A stretch of 64,000 nucleotides of DNA from Pseudomonadales bacterium (GTDB lineage: Bacteria > Pseudomonadota > Gammaproteobacteria > Pseudomonadales > JAHRWD01), in contig JAESUM010000038.1 in the NCBI GenBank assembly GCA_016763075.1, positions 8,571 through 72,570 of the forward strand, read 5' to 3'. Below the pieces are notes generated by a model. That model had not been told where the DNA came from. It searched no databases and saw nothing but the letters and a program-made list of their open reading frames with translations. Below, piece after piece: positions 56,619 through 64,000 of the stretch (position 1 is the first letter of the stretch; each line of letters opens with the position of its first letter). Both the position numbers and the translations under genes were made by a program.

Positions 56619-57923
56619 ATGATCGCGAATGAGCTATGGCAACAATTTGGAACCTTACAATTTCAACAAATCCCTCAGACTACGCGCAAAGTAGCCAAGC
56701 AATGCTTACTGGATTGGATGGGCTGCGCAATTGCCGGCGCCCAAGAACCACTGTCCGATATCCTTCGCGCTGAATTCAGCGATGCACCGGGCGTAAGCTC
56801 CATCATTTCAACCAGTCAAAAAACATCTGCCCAGGCTGCGGCATTAATTAACGGTGCAGCGGGTCACGCATTGGATTTTGACGATACCCATACCGGCATG
56901 GGCGGGCATCCATCCGTGCCGGTTGCTCCAGCCGTGTTGGCCATGGCCGAAGAGCTTAATGCCACCGGCGAGCAACTGCTCACGGCTTTTATAGTGGGGC
57001 TAGAAGTAGAATGCCGAATGGGCATTCTTATTGGCGGCCAGCACTATGCACGGGGCTGGCATGTGACTTCAACCATTGGGATATTCGGGGCGGTTGCGGC
57101 GGTATCGCATTTATTGAAGCTAAACCCAACGCAGTTTGAAGACGCCTTTGGTTTAGCGGTATCTCAGGCCAGCGGCCTTAAAGCAAATTTTGGCACCATG
57201 ACAAAACCATTTCACGCGGGCCATGCCGCCGAAAGAGGGCTGGTATCTGCACGTTTAGCAAAAAGAGGTTTTACCGCTAACCCAGAAAGCTTTGAGGGTA
57301 ACCAAGGGTTACTAGAAGCCGCATCCGGCGGTGTACTCAACCGTGATGCTTTTACAGAAGTAACCAATCAATGGCTTATCGAAAACACCTTATTTAAATA
57401 CAACGCAGCCTGTTATCTAACCCATGCCTCAATAGAAGCGCTAAAACAGATGGGCGAATACGCCAGCGTTAACGCCTGCGAATCAATAGAGTTATTTGTG
57501 AATCCATCATTATTAAACGTGTGTGGTATTGAAAACCCAATCACAGGGCTTGAAGCAAAATTCAGCCTAAGGGCAAATGCCGCCATGACCATAGTCGGGT
57601 TAGACACAACAGACCCAGCAACCTATACCGATGAAAATCTACTGAACCCAGAGGTTCAAACGGTATTAAAAAAAGTGCGGGTTATCACGGATGAGAGCTA
57701 TACCGGAACACAGTCCAAAGTTGTATTTCACAATACAGACGGCAGCTGGCAAGAAGGGTTTTACGATACCGGTATTCCGGCAACGGATTTAAGCCTCCAA
57801 CAAGAAAAACTCGAAGCGAAATTCGAGAATTTAGTGGCTCCAATTTTAGGCCGAGATGCACAACGGTTTAGTCGTTATATTGGTGCTATAGAATTCGAAA
57901 GTACGATACGTACTTTTCTTTAG
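56619..57923 (+). CDS. MmgE/PrpD family protein (2-methylcitrate dehydratase-like)
   Basis: Family-typical sequence (AGHALDFDDTH, GGHPSVPV, ARGWHVTSTIG). Confidence 0.85.
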   Translation: MIANELWQQFGTLQFQQIPQTTRKVAKQCLLDWMGCAIAGAQEPLSDILRAEFSDAPGVSSIISTSQKTSAQAAALINGAAGHALDFDDTHTGMGGHPSVPVAPAVLAMAEELNATGEQLLTAFIVGLEVECRMGILIGGQHYARGWHVTSTIGIFGAVAAVSHLLKLNPTQFEDAFGLAVSQASGLKANFGTMTKPFHAGHAAERGLVSARLAKRGFTANPESFEGNQGLLEAASGGVLNRDAFTEVTNQWLIENTLFKYNAACYLTHASIEALKQMGEYASVNACESIELFVNPSLLNVCGIENPITGLEAKFSLRANAAMTIVGLDTTDPATYTDENLLNPEVQTVLKKVRVITDESYTGTQSKVVFHNTDGSWQEGFYDTGIPATDLSLQQEKLEAKFENLVAPILGRDAQRFSRYIGAIEFESTIRTFL

Positions 57924-58107
57924 GTGCAATCTAGATGCAAAGAGGTAGGGGTACGATAAGTTATATGTACCGCTAACGTCACGAGATGAGTGGGAATAAA
58001 ATTTAATTTCGAACTCACTTCAAAACCTGAGAGCAGGCTGTATAGAAGTGAGTTCGGTGTTGCTCAGGAAGCATTGCCCTAAGTCAATGGTGTGACAATA
58101 CTACAGC

Positions 58108-58656
58108 TTAAGATGCCGCCATCATTGCGGCTTCATCAAGTAATATAATTCTTTCTACGGTTTTACGTAGGTCTTCGCTATAGTTGTCGTTGGTGAGAAT
58201 GCGTGCGCGATGTTCTTCAATCAATACGTTATATTTTTTTAGCTTTGAGCCAGAAATAGCCCAGCCTTTCTTGCGTGCACCGAGAGGCCACTCTTCAATT
58301 TCAATTTTAGAAGCTTGCATGGCCCCGGAAGCTAGGCCGAGTAAAAATATGGATGGTAGCTCTTGTGAAGACTGAGGAGTTTGTATCGCCGAAAGATATT
58401 GCAAAATACCTTTAATGCTATTGACGTATTCGTTTAATGCATCTTCGTCATAACGGTCAACACTCAAATTGTAGTGTTGTGGTTTCTCGGCAGGCTTTGG
58501 AGAGTTCTGTTTAGAGTTTTCGACGTAGGCATCTGCTGCTTCTTTAATGGATTGGCAGGCGGTCAGCGGAATAAATAGTAATGCTATTACTAGTAACTTT
58601 TTAGTGTTCAAAGAAAACTCACTTTTGGTAGGTTGGTATCGGTAAGATAGGTACAA
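58108..58656 (-). CDS. Hypothetical lipoprotein
   Basis: Signal peptide with lipobox PLTAC. I recognise no family, and the start is uncertain. Confidence 0.5.
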   Translation of the reverse strand: MYLSYRYQPTKSEFSLNTKKLLVIALLFIPLTACQSIKEAADAYVENSKQNSPKPAEKPQHYNLSVDRYDEDALNEYVNSIKGILQYLSAIQTPQSSQELPSIFLLGLASGAMQASKIEIEEWPLGARKKGWAISGSKLKKYNVLIEEHRARILTNDNYSEDLRKTVERIILLDEAAMMAAS

Positions 58657-58802
58657 TTTGTAATTGTTGAGAGCCGGTAGTTATATAGTACAATTTGTAC
58701 CGGTATCAACGGTAATTGGGCTGATGCTGCAGTAGAAAAAACGTTAGCCGCCGTAGTAAATCTCACACGCTATTCTTTTAGGTCTTTTGGTTTTATTCCT
58801 TT

Positions 58803-59405
58803 ATGTTTTCATTTGTCGAACAATCTATTTCTGATCTTGGTTTTACATTCTGCGGGGTTGATGAAGCCGGTGCAGGGCCGTTGTGCGGTGATGTATTTGC
58901 GGCCGCGGTCATTCTAAACCCTCACCAGCCTATAAATGGTTTGGCTGATTCAAAAAAACTGACCGAAAAAAAACGCGAAAACTTGTACCCACAAATCAAA
59001 CAAAAAGCGCTGTATTACAGTATCGCAAAAGCTACGGTAGAAGAAATTGATAGCATCAATATATTACAAGCGCGAATGCTCGCAATGTCTCGTGCGGTAC
59101 AAGGCCTTAAAACAAAAATTGATTACGTGATGGTTGATGGCAATCGTTTACCCAAGCCATTACCGGGGGTAGGGTTTGAGTGGATAGGTGGAGATAGGCT
59201 GCTGGCTTCTATAATGGCGGCATCTATTTTGGCTAAGGTTGCACGCGACCACGAAATGATAGAGCTAGAACAAACATACCCGGGTTATGGCTTCGCCAAA
59301 CATAAAGGCTACGGTACTAAAGTGCATTTGGAGGCGTTAGAACGCTTAGGGCCAACGCCTATTCACCGTAAAAGTTTTGCGCCGGTAAGGCGTTTATTAA
59401 AGTAA
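58803..59405 (+). CDS. rnhB: Ribonuclease HII
   Basis: [12 protein letters not shown] active-site region, DSKKL, and size ~200 aa. Confidence 0.9.
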   Translation: MFSFVEQSISDLGFTFCGVDEAGAGPLCGDVFAAAVILNPHQPINGLADSKKLTEKKRENLYPQIKQKALYYSIAKATVEEIDSINILQARMLAMSRAVQGLKTKIDYVMVDGNRLPKPLPGVGFEWIGGDRLLASIMAASILAKVARDHEMIELEQTYPGYGFAKHKGYGTKVHLEALERLGPTPIHRKSFAPVRRLLK

Positions 59406-59499
59406 TGCTTTGGTGTTAATGAGTCGAGCGCTTTTTGGTATAGCTTTATATATCGCGGCTATACCCCACGATACATAAAGCAAAGTGCTCGAGTTTGAA

Positions 59500-60837
59500 T
59501 TACAAAATATAACGGCTTAGGTCTTCGTCTTTAGCCAGTTCACCTAATTGAGATTCTACATACGCGGCATCCACTACCAGAATATTTTTTTCTGATTCCG
59601 GTTGTTCTGAAGCATCAAAAGAGATTTGCTCAAGCAGTCGTTCAAGTACTGTGTGAAGCCGCCGAGCACCAATGTTTTCAGTATTATCGTTAACCTGCCA
59701 TGCAATGTCGGCAATTTTAGCAATACCTTCTTCGGTAAAGCTTAGCTCTACGCCTTCTGTTTTTAACAGTTCACGGTATTGCTTGGTAAGCGATGCATCG
59801 GGCTCTGTGAGTATGCGCCTGAAGTCATCAGGGGTTAGAGCTTCAAGCTCAACTCTAATGGGCAACCGGCCTTGTAACTCAGGAATAAGGTCCGATGGTT
59901 TAGCAAGGTGGAATGCGCCAGACGCAATAAATAGAATATGGTCGGTTTTGATCAGACCGTATTTGGTAGTAACGGTACAGCCTTCTATTAATGGCAATAA
60001 GTCTCGTTGAACACCTTCTCTTGAAACATCTGCTCCGCTGCTTTCGGCGCGTTTACAAACTTTATCTAACTCGTCTAAAAACACGATACCGTTTTGCTCG
60101 GCGGATTCGATCGCTTCTACTTTTAATTCATCTTCGTTGATAAGTTTGGCGGCTTCTTCATCGCGTAGTTGCTTGAACGCCACTGAAATTTTCATTCGGC
60201 GTTTCTTACTTTGATTTTTCGATAAACTAGAAAACATATTTTGCAGCTGGCCGGTCATCTCTTCCATGCCGGGAGGCGCCATAATTTCTACCCCCATGGC
60301 TTGGGTTGCAACGTCTATTTCTATCTCTTTGTCATCGAGCTGGCCTTCGCGTAATTTTTTACGAAATAACTGGCGCGTATTGGTGTCTGATTCGTCTACT
60401 GCGTCAGCATCCGATGTACGCGCCGGTGGTAGCAATACATCAAGAATGCGATCTTCCGCTGCATTTTCAGCTTGGAAGGTGACGTCCTGCATTTTTTGCT
60501 CGCGCAGGTTTTTGATAGCGGTTTCTATTAGGTCGCGAATAATCGACTCAACGTCACGGCCAACATAACCCACTTCGGTAAATTTGGTGGCTTCAATTTT
60601 AATGAAAGGAGCTTTGGCGAGTTTGGCAAGTCGGCGGGCAATTTCGGTTTTACCTACGCCGGTCGGGCCAATCATCAGAATGTTTTTAGGCGAGATTTCG
60701 CTACGCAGATCTTCGTCTAATTGCATTCGACGCCAGCGGTTCCGCAGTGCGATAGCAACGGCACGTTTAGCGGCATCTTGGCCGACAATATGTTTGTTGA
60801 GTTCGTTTACGATCTCACGAGGTGTCATGGAAGGCAT
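59500..60837 (-). CDS. hslU: ATP-dependent protease ATPase subunit HslU
   Basis: MTPREIV N-terminus, Walker A GPTGVGKT and the conserved C-terminal DLSRYIL. Confidence 0.95.
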   Translation of the reverse strand: MPSMTPREIVNELNKHIVGQDAAKRAVAIALRNRWRRMQLDEDLRSEISPKNILMIGPTGVGKTEIARRLAKLAKAPFIKIEATKFTEVGYVGRDVESIIRDLIETAIKNLREQKMQDVTFQAENAAEDRILDVLLPPARTSDADAVDESDTNTRQLFRKKLREGQLDDKEIEIDVATQAMGVEIMAPPGMEEMTGQLQNMFSSLSKNQSKKRRMKISVAFKQLRDEEAAKLINEDELKVEAIESAEQNGIVFLDELDKVCKRAESSGADVSREGVQRDLLPLIEGCTVTTKYGLIKTDHILFIASGAFHLAKPSDLIPELQGRLPIRVELEALTPDDFRRILTEPDASLTKQYRELLKTEGVELSFTEEGIAKIADIAWQVNDNTENIGARRLHTVLERLLEQISFDASEQPESEKNILVVDAAYVESQLGELAKDEDLSRYIL

Positions 60838-60922
60838 GTTGTTCTCTTTCTAATTCGGTGTTGTTGAAGGTTGATCCGGGCGGTTAAACGCCAGCGGCTA
60901 ATGTCAGCAACTAACGCCAGCA

Positions 60923-61489
60923 CTATTTGTCGAGTAGCGGCAGCTCTTGTTCGGCATCAAGCTCTTCAATGGTGCGATTATGGTTGGTATAAATGCAGAT
61001 GTCCGCGGCAATACCAAGGGATTTTTCTACGATATCGCGGGCGTCTAAATCAGTGGAATCGAGTAATGCTCGGGCAGCAGATTGAGCAAAGGCTCCGCCA
61101 GAACCAATGGCAATTAAGCTGTCTTCTGGCTCAATGACATCGCCATTGCCGGTAATGATGAGGGAGTTTTTGCTGTCCGCAACCGCAAGTAGGGCTTCTA
61201 ATTTGCGTAATGCACGGTCTGAGCGCCAGTCTTTGGCCAGCTCTACGGCGGCGCGTACTAGCTGTCCTTGGTATTTCTCTAGCTGCGCTTCAAAGCGTTC
61301 GAACAGCGTAAAAGCATCCGCGGTGCCACCGGCAAACCCAGCAATCACTTGGCCGTTGTAAAGCCTTCGAACCTTACAGGCATTGCCCTTCATTATGGTA
61401 TTGCCAAGGGAAACTTGGCCATCGCCGCCGATTACAACTTTACCGTTGCGACGTACCGAGAGGATAGTGGTGCCTCTGTATTGTTCCAA
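60923..61489 (-). CDS. hslV: ATP-dependent protease subunit HslV
   Basis: [31 protein letters not shown] core. TTG start at 61489 preceded by GGAGA at 6 nt. This gives a six-residue pro-segment (MEQYRG) before the catalytic Thr. Confidence 0.9.
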   Translation of the reverse strand: MEQYRGTTILSVRRNGKVVIGGDGQVSLGNTIMKGNACKVRRLYNGQVIAGFAGGTADAFTLFERFEAQLEKYQGQLVRAAVELAKDWRSDRALRKLEALLAVADSKNSLIITGNGDVIEPEDSLIAIGSGGAFAQSAARALLDSTDLDARDIVEKSLGIAADICIYTNHNRTIEELDAEQELPLLDK

Positions 61490-61632
61490 AATGGTTCTCC
61501 GAGTGTTAAAAAAGAGGGGGATGAGGGGTAAACTGGCGCTATAAGATATGGGGTTTAATGCGAACATATCAAGAGGGCAGGGCTGACGAAGGATTCGTGT
61601 AGTTGCCCGAGCCCGGTTATCAGTAAAGGGCG

Positions 61633-62241
61633 TTATTTTTTAAGGCTAAGCACAAGCGAGTCGATGCCATTGCGCGACAGCACGTTGCGGGCTTTGTTCA
61701 TGACTCGTTTAGAATCAAACGGCCCAATTTGAACCCGGTGCCAAGTACTATCCGAACGAGTAACGGAATTAATTTTGGTGTTACTTAAACCCTGCATGAT
61801 TAACTCGGCGCGTAGCTGGTCGGCATCCGGTAATTTGCGAAAAGAGCCCGCTTGCAGCATATAGATTTTGTTGGAATTTTTTGGGTCGCGAATAGGGTCA
61901 GGTGTAACTTCAATGGTTGTTTTGTGCTTGGGTAGCCTGTCGTAAAACGTAAATTCGATCTGGTTTTTTAGTTTGGTTAAAGAACCAGTCGGGCTTTTAT
62001 CTGCCTTCTTTGACGCTTGTTCGGCTGGCTGCTTGGCAGCTGCTGGAGCGCTTTGTGCTTTGCTAGGTTGAGCATCAGCAGAGTCTGAACCATCTGCCAC
62101 CATAGCAAGATACAGCAGTGGCCCAAGCACTAGTCCGGTAAGTAACCCCGCAGTAAAGCCGCGCCAGGGTTTAGCCTGAGGTTGGGCCTTCTTTTTACCT
62201 TTTTTGCGGGTTTTGCCTTTTTTGGCAAAATCATGGGCCAT
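61633..62241 (-). CDS. SPOR domain protein, FtsN-like
   Basis: Basic N-terminus, one TM segment, a low-complexity A/Q/K-rich linker and a C-terminal SPOR domain ([21 protein letters not shown]...). Its position beside hslVU matches ftsN in E. coli. Confidence 0.7.
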   Translation of the reverse strand: MAHDFAKKGKTRKKGKKKAQPQAKPWRGFTAGLLTGLVLGPLLYLAMVADGSDSADAQPSKAQSAPAAAKQPAEQASKKADKSPTGSLTKLKNQIEFTFYDRLPKHKTTIEVTPDPIRDPKNSNKIYMLQAGSFRKLPDADQLRAELIMQGLSNTKINSVTRSDSTWHRVQIGPFDSKRVMNKARNVLSRNGIDSLVLSLKK

Positions 62242-62348
62242 ATTTAGCTGCTTATTATGAAATGGTTTTTATGGGCGGTACGGTTGTATAACGAGCCTTG
62301 TTTCTGTTGCTGCTCTATTTAACCCAATACGTTGCGCAGATGTAAGTG

Positions 62349-64000
62349 CTACATGCTGTCCGGTGCAGAAACTCCTAACAGGGTAAGCCCGTTATGAATA
62401 ATCTGGCCTGTACAAATGTACAGGGTCAATCGCGCGTTGCGTATTTCTTGATTTTCTACCAGTACTTTATGCTCGGTGTAATAACCGTGGAAAATACCTG
62501 CAAGCTCACGTAAATAATTCACTAACTGATGCGGTTCACCCATTTCTGCAGACTTTAATATAGTCTCAGAATATAGCGCCAGCTTATTAATGAGCGCCTT
62601 TTCCTGTGGTTCAATCAAACGCTCAAGATGATACTGCGAGGCATCTGAGTTCCAGCTTAGGCCTTCATCTTTAAGCTTCTTTTGAACGCTGGCAATACGC
62701 GCGTGGGCGAACTGGATGTAATAAACCGGGTTGTCTTTGCTTTGGGATTTGGCCAACTCCAGGTCAAAATCCATGTGCTGTTCGACTTTTCGGGTGACGT
62801 AGAAAAAGCGCGCCGCATCGTTGCCGACTTCCTCGCGTAGCTCTCGCAGGGTGACAAACGATCCGCTACGGGTCGACATAGAAAGCCGTTCTTTACCGTG
62901 ATATAAAATGGCAAATTGCACCAGGCGAATTTTTAAGCGTTCCGGGTCTTCGCCGAGGGCTTTGAGTGCAGCTTTAACACGGGCCATATAGCCGTGGTGA
63001 TCAGCCCCCCAAATATTGATGACCTCTTTATAGCCACGCTGGAATTTATTGAGGTGGTAAGCAATGTCGGATGCAAAGTAAGTAGGTTGGCCATTGTCGC
63101 GCTGTACTACGCGGTCTTTGCCGTCGCCAAAATCGGTTGATTTAAACCAGAGTGCGCCGTCTTTTTCGTAAATAAAGCCACGTTCCTGAAGCTGTTCAAT
63201 AGCGCTTTCAACCTTGCCAGTTTCCATCATTGCGCGTTCAGAAAACCAACCCTGGTATTCAATGCCAAACTCTTCAAGATCTTGCTTAATGTCGTCTCGA
63301 ATATGGTCGAGGCCGTAATCGAATATCGTTCGGTAGTTGGTTGTGCCAAGCAGTTTTTTGGCTCGTTCAATCAGCTGGTCGATATGTTTCTCTTTGTCGC
63401 CGCCTGCTGGTTCGTCATCGCAGATGCCTTGCATCACGTCTTCAGCTACATGAACAAATTTAGAGGAATATTCGTTAACTAATTGATCTGCAAACTCTAT
63501 TACATAGTCGCCTTTGTAGGCGTTGCTAGGAAAGGTGATCTCTTGGCCAGATTGTTGCAGGTACCTAAGCCATACACTGGTTGCCAAAATATCCATTTGG
63601 CGGCCAGCATCGTTGACGTAATATTCGCGGTCTACTTGATAGCCAATAGCTTCAAGTAGGTTGGAAAGCGTCTCGCCGTATGCTGCGCCGCGGCCATGGC
63701 CAACGTGCAGTGGGCCGGTTGGGTTGGCAGATACAAACTCAACCTGAAGCTTTGCGCCAGCACCAACCGTTGAGCGGCCAAACTGCTCTTTTTGCTCGAT
63801 GATTTGGTGCACTACTTGGAGGCCACCTTGATCCGTCAAAAAGAAATTGATGAAGCCAGGGCCAGCGATTTCTACTTTTTCTACCCACTGGGACTCGGGC
63901 AACGCATCCACCACCAAGGTCGCCAATTCGCGCGGTGATTTGCGTGCGGGTTTGGCCAGCATCATTGCAATGTTAGATGCCAATTCACCGTGACTTTTAT
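62349..64000 (-). CDS. argS: Arginine-tRNA ligase (N-terminus lies beyond the window)
   Basis: The frame is open to the window edge. HIGH-type motif ANPTGPLHVGHGR, KMSK-like motif MSTRSG and a DALR anticodon-binding C-terminus. Confidence 0.93.
   Translation of the reverse strand, partial: KSHGELASNIAMMLAKPARKSPRELATLVVDALPESQWVEKVEIAGPGFINFFLTDQGGLQVVHQIIEQKEQFGRSTVGAGAKLQVEFVSANPTGPLHVGHGRGAAYGETLSNLLEAIGYQVDREYYVNDAGRQMDILATSVWLRYLQQSGQEITFPSNAYKGDYVIEFADQLVNEYSSKFVHVAEDVMQGICDDEPAGGDKEKHIDQLIERAKKLLGTTNYRTIFDYGLDHIRDDIKQDLEEFGIEYQGWFSERAMMETGKVESAIEQLQERGFIYEKDGALWFKSTDFGDGKDRVVQRDNGQPTYFASDIAYHLNKFQRGYKEVINIWGADHHGYMARVKAALKALGEDPERLKIRLVQFAILYHGKERLSMSTRSGSFVTLRELREEVGNDAARFFYVTRKVEQHMDFDLELAKSQSKDNPVYYIQFAHARIASVQKKLKDEGLSWNSDASQYHLERLIEPQEKALINKLALYSETILKSAEMGEPHQLVNYLRELAGIFHGYYTEHKVLVENQEIRNARLTLYICTGQIIHNGLTLLGVSAPDSM

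Noticed and set aside
61490-61567. 26-codon upstream extension of hslV from the ATG at 61567
   Set aside because: The extension ([26 protein letters not shown]) is not HslV-like. A TTG with a well-spaced GGAGA lies just before the conserved core. The shorter form is preferred, though it still implies a propeptide.

Overview
This window is chromosomal DNA from a Pseudomonas-like gammaproteobacterium, possibly a marine Cellvibrionales or Oceanospirillales type; that taxon guess is low confidence. It is mostly core genes in recognisable synteny. From left to right: secA (5' partial), argJ, a mutT-TenI fusion, yacG, coaE, pilDCB facing pilA, recQ, two adjacent acyl-CoA dehydrogenases, bcp and an AI-2E transporter. 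Next comes a four-gene envelope operon (DUF1302, DUF1329, Asp-box propeller, RND). It is followed by ggt, hyuB, a nitroreductase, phnA, ygiQ, argD-argF, phoB-phoR-pstS, a BtuCD-like importer, a prpD-like gene, rnhB, hslVU, an ftsN-like SPOR gene and argS (5' partial). Three regions stand out. (1) An 11.6-kb island lies between the pilA terminator and recQ and looks A+T-richer by eye. It starts with a TMTC/PMT-like GT-C glycosyltransferase carrying a TPR array. It also encodes a GtrB-like polyprenyl-phosphate glycosyltransferase, a flippase-like membrane protein, an MBOAT with an unknown partner, two GT4 enzymes, two methyltransferases and a DegT aminotransferase. I found no initiating transferase, Wzx, Wzy or Wzz, so I read it as a candidate pilin or protein glycosylation system. 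(2) A translationally coupled pair encodes a sensor-less, degenerate chemoreceptor-signalling-like coiled coil and an MBL/flavodiiron-like metalloprotein. This resembles ODP-receptor pairs. (3) The DUF1302-DUF1329-propeller-RND operon has no function known to me. Smaller oddities: bcp appears to need an ATT start codon; phoR has a long 3' tail containing the pstS Pho box; a PilZ-like gene is split by a frame change; hslV needs a propeptide; there is an inverted REP pair and several short tandem repeats. I saw no tRNA, rRNA, CRISPR array, IS element or integrase. All motif coordinates were counted by hand and no database search was possible.
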